Part shown: piece after piece, positions 1-10,823 of the stretch | How positions within the stretch are numbered: the stretch's first letter is position 1 | Layout of the letters: each line of letters starts with the position of its first letter | Source: Eledone cirrhosa | Lineage: Eukaryota | Direction of reading: 5' to 3' | Assembly: GCA_964016885.1 (NCBI GenBank) | Contig: OZ024749.1 | Coordinates: forward strand, 9,858,001-9,922,000 | Length of the DNA stretch: 64,000 bases | Program-made: the position numbers and the translations under genes | The notes under the pieces: generated by a model | Database searches by the model: none | What the model was told of the DNA's origin: nothing | Seen by the model: only the letters and a program-made list of their open reading frames with translations

Positions 1-690
1 TAGACTGGTGTCACACCTAGACTGGTGTCACACCTAGACTGGTGTCACACCTAGACTGGTGTCACATCTGTAATTTCATACCTAGACAGGTGTCACATCT
101 AGACTGGTGTCACACCTAGACTGGTGTCACACCTTACTGGTGTCATACCTTACTGGTGTCACACTTAGACTGGTGTCACATCTCACTGGTGTCATGTCTA
201 GACTAGTGTCACATCTCACTGGTGTCACATCTGTAGTGTCATACCTAGACTGGTGTCACACCTCCACTGGTGCCACACTTAGACTGGCGTCACACCTCAC
301 TGGTGTCACATCTCACTGGTGTCACATCTGTAGTGTCACACCTTACTGGTGTCGCACCTCCAGTGGTGTCACACTTAGACTGGTGTCACACTTAGACTGG
401 TGTCACACCTCCACTGGTGTCACACTTATACTGGTGTCACACTTATACTGGTGTTACACCTTACTGGTGTCGCACCTCCACTGGTGTCACATCTGTAGTG
501 TCATGCCTAGACTGGTGTCATACCTCCACTGGTGTAACATCTACACTGGTGTCACACCTGTTGTGTCACATCTCCACTGGTGTCACACCTTCAATGGCGA
601 CACATCTGCCATGTGGCACCTTCACTGGTAACACACCTGTAGTGTGATAACTTGACTGCTAACACACCTGTAATATGACAACTTCACTGT
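1..690. repeat. Intronic minisatellite, ~17-bp core (tagactggtgtcacacc) with variants, running off the left edge
   Basis: Direct tandem repetition; degenerates rightwards. Confidence 0.95.
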
Positions 691-827
691 AACTAGCAGG
701 AAAATGGCCTTAAAATGCTAGTTGTTGTTGTTATTGTTGTTGTATCTCCTGAAGCATGAATTTAAAAGGCCGTGTTCAGAAAAAGCCTGACAATGAGAAA
801 CGATATAGGAGGCAATGAAAGACTCAC

Positions 828-1040
828 CTTCTGTGAAGTTCATCACTTCCTCTGAGAAATCCTTTTCTTTGTAGTTAAAACCAGCTGAAGCTCCCAGTTC
901 TAGGGCCAACTTAATCTTGTCTTCAGACCCAGCTGTCACAATTGCCTTGCCCTTAGCCAGTGTCACCAACTGGATGGCTGCTGTTCCAACACCACTTGCT
1001 CCAGCATGGATCAGGACAGTGTCTTCAGGCTGCAGTTTAC
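828..1040 (-). CDS. TP53I3: PIG3 exon: (G)KLQPEDTVLIHAGASGVGTAAIQLVTLAKGKAIVTAGSEDKIKLALELGASAGFNYKEKDFSEEVMNFTE(G); remaining exons lie left of the window
   Basis: Acceptor ttgtaag|, donor G|gtgagt; 213 nt, phase 1 to 1. NADPH-binding glycine-rich motif HAGASGVG. Confidence 0.95.
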
Positions 1041-1094
1041 CTTACAATACATATAAATCAATACCAATCAATACCAATCAACACATATATACAT

Positions 1095-1478
1095 ACATAT
1101 CAGCATCATTTAGCATCCATTTTTCCATGCTTACATGGGTTAGACGGGTCATCCAGAGTGGGCCACACTGTACCTTGCTCTGATGAGGACTGTAAATGAG
1201 TCTGGGTATTTTACAGCTGGATACCCTTCCGAACACCAACCACATTCACGGGTCTTCTGTATTACTGCGTGACGCCAGAGGTCACAGTCCTGTGCTATCA
1301 CCTTTGAGAGGTGTAATTGGGTAAGGTCGGCTTTTATCACCTCATCCCAGGTCTTCTTGGGTCTCCCCACTCCGCGGTTTCCATCGACTTCTAGTGCTCT
1401 GCACCTTTTTATGCAGCTGTCATCCTTCATACACATCACATGTCCATACCAGCACAACCGCCTCTCCTGCACACAGCA
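1095..1478 (-). mobile_element. RTE LINE 3' end
   Basis: ORF QERRLCWYGHVMCMKDDSCIKRCRALEVDGNRGVGRPKKTW is nearly identical to 20625-20963. Confidence 0.88.
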
Positions 1479-2067
1479 TTATATATATACTTAGTATATA
1501 TACTTAGTATGTTTTGTGTTAATTAATCACTGTAGACATAATAGAGTATTTGATGACGTACACAGGTACGTCAGTGAACCTCAAAGTATTGTTATAACAA
1601 TGAAGTTAAAATATATCTGTGACACAATGATAGTTATTGTTTAACAAATATATTAGGTGAATTCTGACCTAGTGATATCTACTTCATTGTTATACTGTAT
1701 ATATATATGTATGTATGTGTGTGTGTGTGAGAGACTTAGGCATGGAGAAGATTTGAAACTTGAAATGTGTGTGTCGCATTGCAAATGACCATAATAATTG
1801 TTTCTACTTTAGGCACAAGGCCAGCAATTATCCCAGTGTATTACTGGTACTTTATTTTATCGACCCCTGTAAGGATGAAAGGCAAAGTTAACCTCGGCGG
1901 GATTTGAACTCAGATCATAAAGGGCCGTAACTCTATGCTACAAAGCATGGTGTCCGACTCTCTACGAATACTGCCAATTCAGCCATAATAATAACTATGA
2001 ATAATAGTTTTAAAAATCTGGTAAAATAACCGATTATAGTGATTGATTATTATAGTCATTTACATTG

Positions 2068-2318
2068 GGACACACTGCATCAGTTGTTAGCTGTTGGGAA
2101 ACTGAATCCTTCAAAACTTGCATTCTTCCCGAAAATTTGCCAACACTACACCTGATATTCTCTCTCTATTACGTGTGTGTGTGTGTGTGTGTGTGTTTAT
2201 ATCATGATTCATACACAGTTCACTTTCCTGACATTTGTACATTATTCTATGTACTATACATGCACCTTGATGAGTTGTAGTGCACCTGAGCACTGTACAC
2301 AATAATTTTCATTATTAT
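2068..2318 (+). mobile_element. CR1-clade LINE 3'UTR fragment
   Basis: Matches 40955-41187. Confidence 0.8.
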
Positions 2319-2333
2319 GAATATATATATATA

Positions 2334-2671
2334 ATGGAGGCACATGGCTTAGTGGTTAGAGCATTGGCCTTGCAATCGAAAGGTTGTGAGTTCAATTCTC
2401 AGACCGGGTGATGTGTTGTTTCCTTGAGCAAGACACTTTATTTCACATTGCTCCAGTTTACTCAGCTGTAGAAATGAGATGATAGGACTGGGGTCCTTAT
2501 CATTCCACTGCAAAGTGGTCGTGGAGGTGTCACGGCAAAAAAGCACCCAGCACTCACTGTAAATGAGGTTGGTGTTAGGAAGGGCATCCAGCTGTAGAAA
2601 TCAAACCAGAATCAGTTCCCGTCCCACCCTTGCAAGCAGAGAAAAGTGAACGTAAAATGATGATGATGATG
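2334..2671 (+). mobile_element. tRNA-derived SINE (family A) with a CORE-like centre and an RTE-derived (GAT)n tail; relatives at 4510-4637(-), 8100-8380(+), 18090-18483(-), 20049-20466(-), 24860-25220(-)
   Basis: Pol III A box TGGCTTAGTGG and B box GAGTTCAATTC; centre ccttgagcaagacacttta; the 3' end matches the RTE LINE terminus at 54795-54850. Confidence 0.85.
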
Positions 2672-3116
2672 ATATATATATAGGCCCCAGCATGGCCTCA
2701 GCCAGATGTCTGGAACAGGTAAAAGACTAAAAGATATATATATGTATATATATATATATATATAGAAAATCTGCTTCGTAGAATCGAGACGTATCCGAGG
2801 ACCGCGCGATTTCAGAGTCAGGTTCGACCATCACATCGATCGTGCCTCGAGCTGGTTGCCAGACAAACAATTGTAATATGTCCAGTAAATTCCACTCGTT
2901 GCAACACTGATTCTCTTTTTTCTGTGATATATATATATAGAGGGGGGGGGAGGGATGGGGAGGGAGGGAGAGGGAGAGAGAGGTAGAGAAGTAGAGAGAG
3001 AGAGAGAGAGAGAGGGGTGGGAGCGAGAGAGAGGGAGAGAGAGAGGGGATAGAAAGAGTAGGAACAGAAAGCAAGCCACTGAACATTAAATAAAAATGTT
3101 AGAGAGAAGAACTTAC

Positions 3117-3248
3117 CAACAAAATGTAATAGCTGAAAGGCAGTGAGCCAAACCTCTGGAATGGCTGCTGCCTGTAAGAAGTTCATATTTGCAGGTATTG
3201 ACATCACATGTCTAAAGTCTACTGCTACAAACTCAGCATTGCCTCCAC
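3117..3248 (-). CDS. TP53I3: PIG3 exon: (G)GGNAEFVAVDFRHVMSIPANMNFLQAAAIPEVWLTAFQLLHFV(G)
   Basis: Acceptor ttgttgaag|, donor G|gtaagt; 132 nt, phase 1 to 1. AAAIPExWLTAFQLLH is a PIG3 hallmark. Confidence 0.95.
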
Positions 3249-3450
3249 CTTCAACAAACAACAAAGTTTCAGCGTTAAATCATTTCTACATTGTTCTTTA
3301 AGTTTGTTTTACCTGAAAGCGACTCTGGTTCTATGATAATCATCAATTTAAACGTCTCTATAGAGATAGTAAGCTATGATAGACTAGGAGAGATGTCTAA
3401 TACCCCTTATATATATATATACATATATATATAGAAGTAGTTCCACCATT

Positions 3451-3493
3451 ACCGAGGACAATTGTTTCACCTTATTTGGATCATCAGCTTGGT
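3451..3493 (-). ncRNA. Minimal type I hammerhead ribozyme motif (Penelope-like element terminal repeat)
   Basis: Minus strand reads accaag-CTGATGA-tccaaataaggt-GAAA-C-AATT-GTC-ctcggt. Core intact, GUC cleavage triplet, palindromic loop III, helix I 5/6 paired; helix II is weak. Confidence 0.7.
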
Positions 3494-3670
3494 TTAACTA
3501 ACTGTTGTGGAACTACTTCTACCAAACTCTTCCCATGGGACTGAGTGTTCTACTACTGCGGATATAACACTCCAGTGTTCTACTGTTATATATATATAGA
3601 GATATATATATATAGATATATATATATCAATGATATTAATAAATGGAAACTATATTTATAAAACCATATT

Positions 3671-3734
3671 TATTTTATTATATATATTTCAAGGGTACCA
3701 AAAAAGCTTTGGTACACTCTCATCAGATAAAATA
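3671..3734 (-). ncRNA. Minimal type I hammerhead ribozyme motif
   Basis: Minus strand reads tattttat-CTGATGA-gagtgtaccaaagcttttttggtaccctt-GAAA-T-ATAT-ATA-ataaaata. Perfect 8-bp helix I, long helix II, palindromic helix III/loop, AUA triplet. Confidence 0.8.
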
Positions 3735-4326
3735 CAAAATTTGTTTTATAAATATTGACATACCCGAGAAAGCAGAGCTTATCAGTTCAGGTTCCATTTG
3801 GATAGTGAAAGAAAATATCATTGATATTATACTCCAGGAAACTTGTTGAGTGCTTCGAATCTGTTATAATTAGCAAATTAAATATCTCTTTGCTTATATA
3901 TAAGGGGTATTCAAATGTGATCTGCTCTCATCCATTCTATTCCTTCTTTCCTATCAATTTTTCAATCCAACTCACTTCAAGCCACTGATTTCCATCCTTC
4001 CAAGTAATGTTTTGACACCGTTTTAACGCCATTTCGCTGTTTTAACAGCTTCCATACACCAAGTTTTCCCATTTACCTTCCAATTCTAATACACTTGCAT
4101 TTCAAAACTCGATGTTCAAATAAAATTTTGTTTATATATATATATATGTATATATCTATATAGATAGGTAAATATACACGGGGGTGTATGATTGTGTATA
4201 GAAGATTATATTAATAAGAGGAATTCCAACTTTGTCTGATTTACTCGTTTTATTTACAATCCTTTAAAATTTATAATGGTATTATAATGAAATAGTATGA
4301 TAGAATATTAAATTCTAAGTGTTAAT

Positions 4327-4365
4327 TGAACAAGTACTTTCATGCTTTCGCAATCTTCAGGTTCA
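4327..4365 (-). ncRNA. Minimal type I hammerhead ribozyme motif
   Basis: Minus strand reads tgaac-CTGAAGA-t tgc gaaa gca t-GAAA-GTAC-TT-gttca. 5-bp helix I, GNRA-capped helix II, palindrome AAGTACTT in place of helix III. Confidence 0.7.
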
Positions 4366-5254
4366 TAATATGTGGTGACAGTCAATTTTGCAATTTTCAA
4401 CTGATATATGTATATATATATTGACAGTCGATCAACTTTCATCAAATCGGACCAAGAAAACAATGTTTCCATTGGTCTTTCTAATTGCTAATACTATCTA
4501 TCAGTCGCAACTCAAGGTAGAAGGAGCAACATGAAAAGTGTCTTGCCCAAGGAAATAACGCATCGCCTGGTTCAGGAATCGAACTCACAACCTCACGATT
4601 GCGAATCCAATTCTCTAACCACTCAGCCACGTGCCTTATATATACATATATATCGCTGGCTTAGGATGACTCTGGCCTTGTCGAGCAAGAAGATATATAT
4701 ATATATTGGAAAATGTGTGAGATCCTTGGTACAGTTAGATATATTTGAAAAACGGAAAAGAATGACTTCACATGTAGTTGGTGTTCTAAACAATTTAATT
4801 TTATAATTTTACAATTTTGCTATGTAGTTAGATCTAACTACATAGCAAAATTGTAAAATTATAAAATTAAATTTATAATAAACAAAGCCAAATTTTACAT
4901 ATTTGACTTAATTATTTTATCATCATCATCATCATCACCGTTTTACGTTCGTTCTTCCACGCTAGCATGGGTTAGATGGGTTGTCCTGTTGTGGGCAGTG
5001 TCAGGTCGGCTCATACGGGAACTGATTCTGGCTTGATTTCTACAGCTGGGTGCCCTTCCTAACACCAACCTCATTTACAGTGAGTGCTGGGTGCTTTTTT
5101 CCGTGGTGCCTACACGTCCACTTTACAGTGTAGGCTGGGTGCTTTTTTGCCATGGCACCTCCATGACCACTTTACAGTGGGAGAGTGTGGGGGCATATTG
5201 TCTATATGCTTCAGCTTCGGCTTGTACCCGATATATATATCTATATTTAATATA

Positions 5255-5510
5255 TATATTATTAAAGCCAGTTATTACAACAGTGCCATACCAAGTACAT
5301 ACGTTTCATTAGCTCTGAGGATCAACTTGTTCAACCTGTTCTGATAAAAATAAACTGGTTCATTTTCATTGGCACAGGTTGAACAAGTTGTTCATCAGAG
5401 CTAATGAAACATATGTACCTAGTATGGTACCATTGTAGTAACTGGCCTAAATAATTATATTCATACTCGGCCTATGGACTTGAGTTGCTCTATACCTTGG
5501 TTATTTTTAC
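5255..5510. mobile_element. Fold-back Penelope-like terminal fragment (about 80-bp arms)
   Basis: 5260-5339 is inverted relative to 5374-5453. The right arm contains a GAAAC-ATAT-GTA hammerhead 3' half, followed by a TTGAGT-containing tail. Confidence 0.5.
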
Positions 5511-6246
5511 CTACCTATGCTAGCGTGGAAAATGGACGTTAAACGATGATGATGATGATATATCATCATCATCATCGTTTAATGTCTATATTCCACACTA
5601 GCATGGGTTAGACGGGAGTTGTCCCACTTGAGGTAAGATTGGTCAGGTGACCGTGTCTCGCTCGTATAGGGCTATCTGGCAAGTTTTCTATGGCAGGATG
5701 CCCTTCCTAACACCAACCACATTTACAGTGTGGACTGGGAGCTTTTTACCGTGTTACCTACACAATCTCATTAGATAAATATATATTCACAGCTCCACAC
5801 AACAACGTAATTAACCACGTCTTTTCCGATCCATTGCCAGAGAACGTCTTCACAAACCAAAGTATTGTCTTCTTATTTTCCTTCGGTTATAACATGTTTT
5901 GAAAATATTTACTTCTGCATCTACAGATTGATTTTTTTTTAGTTTCATAAGATCCCTTTAAGGGTGAAAGCAGCGATTCTTTGCTTAAACTTTAATCTGT
6001 ACTTACAATAAATATTTGCTCTGCGGGTTTTTATATATATATATATATACATATATAATCCTTATTGAACCCTCTTCGGATTTTAGTCTTCACATTTATT
6101 ATTATTATATATATATTGCGTGTACACACAAATATATATATATATATGCAAAAGGCAAACAGAAATAATAAACCAAATGACACAGTACAATGAAGAAATA
6201 TGTTATTAGTTTTACGCTTGATATAGTAGGAAAGGAGTTTTAACGT

Positions 6247-6277
<31 letters not shown>

Positions 6278-6639
6278 AGTGAAATGAGATAACAAGGACG
6301 ATTGGTTACTCCTTCATTACGTTTATGGGTTGGTGATGCGCGTCTTTGTTATCTTATTTAACTATAATACACTTTGTCTAGCTCTTCACCTCGACACTGA
6401 AGTGAACCTAAACATTGAGTGCTTACCCAGGGGAACCTACAGTAACTCCAAGTTACACTCCCTGGATGGATATATATATATATATATAGCTAGTAAGCTA
6501 TGATAGACTAGGAGATGTATCTAATATCCTCTTAAAATTAAGAAATAAAAACATGAGAGAGGACAAAGAAAAGAAAGAGAAAGACAACAATTAAGTTGAT
6601 TTCTTCCCTTAACCCTACTCTTTGCAATGTTTAAAGGTT

Positions 6640-7520
6640 TTTACCCTGGAATTAATATATGTTACTCCAGTATTAATATATGTTACTCCAGTATTAATAT
6701 ATGTTACTCCAGTATTAATATATGTTACTCCAGTATTAATATATGTTACCCCAGTATTAATATATGTTACCCCAGTATTAATATATGTTACTCCAGTATT
6801 AATATATGTTACCCCAGTATTAATATATGTTACTCCAGTATTAATATATGTTACTCCAGTATTAATATATGTTACCCCAGTATTAATATATGTTACCCCA
6901 GTATTAATATATGTTACCCCAGTATTAATATATGTTACCCTAATATTAATATATGTTACCCTAGTATTAATATATGTTACCCCAGTATTAATATGTTACC
7001 CCAGTATTAATATGTTACCCCAGCATTAAAATATGTTACCCTAGTATTAATATATGTTACCCTAGTATTAATATATGTTACCCCAGCATTAAAATATGTT
7101 ACTTCAGCATTAAAATATGTAACCCTAGTATTAATATATGTTACCCTAGTATTAAAATGTTACCCTAGTATTAAAATATGTTACTTCAGCATTAAAATAT
7201 GTTACCCTAGTATTAATATATGTTACCCTAGTATTAAAATATGTTACCCTAGTATTAAAATATGTTACTTCAGCATTAAAATATGTTACCCTAGTATTAA
7301 TATATGTTACCCTAGTATTAAAATATGTTACCCTAGTATTAAAATATGTTACTTCAGCATTAAAATATGTTACCCTAGTATTAAAATATGTTACTTCAGC
7401 ATTAAAATATGTTACCCTAGTATTAATATATGTTACCCTAGTATTAAAATATGTTACCCTAGTATTAAAATATGTTACTTCAGCATTAAAATATGTTACC
7501 CTAGTATTAAAATATGTTAA
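6640..7520. repeat. Intronic 21-bp minisatellite (ccagtattaatatatgttacY)
   Basis: About 40 tandem units; produces the spurious YVTPVLI ORFs. Confidence 0.97.
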
Positions 7521-7584
7521 GCTATACACTGTGTGTTCCCCTCACCATTACAAAGTATGTTACTCCAGTGTTAATATGCGTTAA

Positions 7585-7785
7585 CCCTTTATCATTTAAA
7601 CCAGCCATATCTGGCCAAAATTCTCTCACCTCTTTCTGTTCAAACCGGCTGTAACCGGCCACTCATACTGATGTTAAAGTAGTGTTCTCAAAATAAATAA
7701 TATCAAAATCTCATAGATTCGATATTATGTGAGGTAAAGCCTTTACCATAAAAATACAATAGTAAATATAGAGTAATATAAAGGG
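7585..7785. mobile_element. piggyBac-type MITE (family 1)
   Basis: TTAA|CCCTTT...AAAGGG|TTAA; internal sequence shared with five other copies. Confidence 0.8.
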
Positions 7786-7862
7786 TTAAACCACACACTA
7801 CACCATTACAAAGAATGTTACCCCAGTATTAAATATGTTAGGCTACACTGGGTTCCACTCAC

Positions 7863-7998
7863 CATTACAAAGACACATGACTTTATCACCAACTTTCCAC
7901 ACAGAACCAACTGAAGCACCAACTTTTTCAACTGTTCCAGAAACTTCCAGTCCTAAGATAAGACTTGCTCCAGCAGGGACGGGATATAAGCCTCGACG
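7863..7998 (-). CDS. TP53I3: PIG3 exon: RRGLYPVPAGASLILGLEVSGTVEKVGASVGSVWKVGDKVMCLCN(G)
   Basis: Acceptor tttcag|, donor G|gtgagt; 136 nt, phase 0 to 1. Contains the GLE-SG motif and the Tyr equivalent to the human PIG3 active-site Tyr51. Confidence 0.95.
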
Positions 7999-8509
7999 CT
8001 GAAACAAAAATTTACAAAATATCAATATATATATTTATGCTCATACACAGACACACACAAACATAAATAATAACAGAGATCCCAGTCCTATGATAAAAGT
8101 GGAGGCACATGGCCTAGTGGTCAGGGTGTTTGACTTACGATCATGATGTTGTGGGCTCGATTCCTGGACTGGTTTGTCTGCCGTGTTCTTGAGCAAAACA
8201 CTTCATTTCATGTTGCTCCAGTATACTCAGCTAAAAATGAGTGTCAGCAATAGCTGGGAGTTTAACCCTGTGATGGACTGATGTTCTGTCCAGGGGGGAG
8301 TATTGTACACTCAGTCACTTCACACCACAAAGCTGAGATAAGCTCCGTCCTAACGAGCCTTATGGCTTAAGACAGACTTTAGTCCTAAAATAAACACCAA
8401 TGTGAAATGAAGCATCTTTATCAAGAACACAACATGCCACCTGGCCCAGAAATAAAACCCACAACCCTTTGATCATGTGACCAAAACCCCATCCATTAGG
8501 TCAAGCACC

Positions 8510-8915
8510 TTCACTACTGTAACTACCACCTTACCACCACCAGTACTAATACTAATACTACTACTACCACTGCCACTGCCACCAACACGACCACCACTAC
8601 TACTATTGTTACTACAACTTCCATTACCACACACACATCAATACTACCACCACCACTACTACTACAACCACACACACACCATCACTACCAACACTACTAC
8701 TACTACAACCACTACAACCACACACACCATCACTACTACTACTACAACCACCACCACTACTACTACAACCACACACACACCATCACTACCAACACTACTA
8801 CTACTACAACCACTACAACCACACACACCATCACCACCAACACTACTACTACTACTACAACAACCACTACTACTACAACCACACACACACCATCACTACC
8901 AACACTACTACTACT
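8510..8915. repeat. Low-complexity (CTA/CCA/CA)n tract abutting the exon donor
   Basis: Direct inspection. Confidence 0.9.
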
Positions 8916-8921
8916 ACTTAC

Positions 8922-9068
8922 CTGTAAAGTATCTGCTCTGTTAATAGCACTAGCCTGCACCTTTATAAGAACTTCACAGTCCTCCAGTTGAGGAATTGGT
9001 ACTTGGTTAGCATAAAGGACATCTGGATCTCCAGGACTGTCAAAGTACGCAGCCAACATCTCCAGTTT
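8922..9068 (-). CDS. TP53I3: Quinone oxidoreductase PIG3 (zeta-crystallin/MDR family) exon: KLEMLAAYFDSPGDPDVLYANQVPIPQLEDCEVLIKVQASAINRADTLQ
   Basis: Acceptor cccattag| at 9070-9069 and donor CAG|gtaagt at 8921-8916. The ATG at 9059 corresponds to the human PIG3 start (MLAVHFDKPGGPENLY...ALNRAD..Q); NRAD motif conserved. Confidence 0.95.
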
Positions 9069-9230
9069 CTAATGGGAGAGAAATAATAAGTGATACAAAT
9101 AAGTAGAGAGAGTTATATGTAGATGTGTGTGTGTGTGTGTATATGAACACAAAGTTAAATATGCACACACATATACACATACATACAAATGCATATATAT
9201 ATATATATATATATTCATATACATTCATAT

Positions 9231-9273
<43 letters not shown>

Positions 9274-9274
9274 T

Positions 9275-9313
<39 letters not shown>

Positions 9314-9316
9314 TAT

Positions 9317-9359
<43 letters not shown>

Positions 9360-9378
9360 TATACATACATGTATATGA

Positions 9379-9409
<31 letters not shown>

Positions 9410-9502
9410 TAGGGGATTGTCCCATGTTTCGTCTTTTTCTCTGTTGCCTTTGCTTGCCCTCCATTTTTTTGGCAACATGACCCTCCCAATGTATAACAAT
9501 AT

Positions 9503-9537
<35 letters not shown>

Positions 9538-9591
9538 CATATCTGGGAAAAGTAAACAAGATAAGAAAAATCTTTACTTACTTACTTTAAT

Positions 9592-9653
9592 GTCCCTACT
9601 GCAATTTCATTGAGAAAATACCGATTGTGAGAAATCCCAAATCATCAGGAGAC
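9592..9653 (-). ncRNA. Hammerhead ribozyme motif, left arm of a fold-back element
   Basis: Minus strand reads gtctc-CTGATGA-tttggga...tctcaat-GAAA-T-TGCA-GTA-gggac. Confidence 0.7.
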
Positions 9654-9893
9654 TTTCTTGGTTAAGAAATAAAATTCAAGACAGAAAAATTCTTCCTTGT
9701 TCGCCGTCAGTGAAAATTTCAAATGGAAGAACTATCACATGATTGGCTATCAATAGGAGGGTAGTAAGGTGGACATTGGCAGGTAGCATGCTGTTGATAG
9801 CCAATCATGTGATAGTTCTTCCATTTGAAATTTTCACTGACGGCGAACAAGGAAGAATTTTTCTGTCTTGAATTTTCTTTCTTGACTGAGAAA

Positions 9894-9966
9894 GTCTCCT
9901 GATGATTTGAGATTTGTCGCAATACTCGGTGTATTGTTATTTTCTCAATGAAACTGCTGTAGGGAC
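9894..9966 (+). ncRNA. Hammerhead ribozyme motif, right arm of a fold-back element
   Basis: Plus strand reads gtctc-CTGATGA-t ttgaga...tctcaa t-GAAA-C-TGCT-GTA-gggac. Helix I gtctc/gggac, GUA triplet. Confidence 0.75.
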
Positions 9967-10254
9967 ATTAAAGTAAGTAAAAATGTTTCTTATCTTGTTT
10001 GCTTTTCCCAGATATGTTTATATTACATTCTGAATGAGTTGATCTCTGTTAATTCTTTCATAGAGAAAAACTTGGCATCGGTTGGACGTCTTTATATATA
10101 TCTATACTTGTGTGAAGATATATATATTTCTTCATTTAATATATATATATATTAACATAAGGAAAAATATAAACACACACACAAATACACAAACACTACA
10201 ATGGATGGTTTTATGCCATGTCCTCTCTACTTTACCATCATCATTCTGGCATCT

Positions 10255-10640
10255 CAGTCAAAATAGACTCAGTAATAGATCTCTGTTATTACATTACCAA
10301 GATCCTGATCAATACCTGAGTCTCTGGTTAAGATATCTGGATAGGAGGAAAGCTTGTGACATCTTTAGTTTTTGATAGACTCAACAATAAAGTCCCATAT
10401 TGATCTGTCACTCATTACATTGCCTAGATACTGAACATCAATACCTGAGTCTCTGGTTAAGATATCTGGATAGGAGGGAAGCTTGTGACATCTTTGGTTT
10501 CTGATAGACTCAACAATAAAGTCCCATATTGATCTGTCACTCATTACATTGCCTAGATACTGAACATCAATACCTGAGTCTCTGGTTAAGATATCTGGAT
10601 AGGAGGAAAGCTTGTGACATCTTTGGTTTCTGACATATGT
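10255..10640 (-). repeat. Tandem triplication (129-bp period) of a LINE-like 3' end
   Basis: ttaagatatctggatagg recurs at 10328, 10457 and 10586; the minus ORF repeats SYPDILTRDSGIDVQYLGNVMSDRSIW. Confidence 0.85.
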
Positions 10641-10823
10641 TGGTTTCCAAAGGAGACACAGATTCATCTGAGGTGCAATGGCCTGCAAGTCTCACCCTCT
10701 TCTTTCACACAATATCAGAAATAAATGAGTGCCTTGACACTCTTCACCAGGGAGTGTATTAAGCATACATAGGGCATCCTATCTGTAAATTTCATTGGGA
10801 CCCCTTCATTAAACTTATCTTAA

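Larger units (their letters stand above)
9535..10095. mobile_element. Fold-back Penelope-like pseudo-LTR remnant (about 215-bp inverted arms plus a unique tail) in a (TA)n tract
   Basis: About 9538-9752 is the imperfect reverse complement of about 9795-10016, with a ~40-bp spacer. Each arm carries a hammerhead motif; flanked by (TA)n. Confidence 0.65.

Noticed and set aside
2334-2410. tRNA gene
   Set aside because: It has A and B boxes but no proper acceptor stem and continues into a SINE body, so it is a tRNA-derived SINE head.
107-7529. Repetitive ORFs at 107-647, 6622-7029 and 7152-7529 as repeat proteins
   Set aside because: They are readings of intronic minisatellites inside TP53I3 and are open in several frames or strands because of low complexity.
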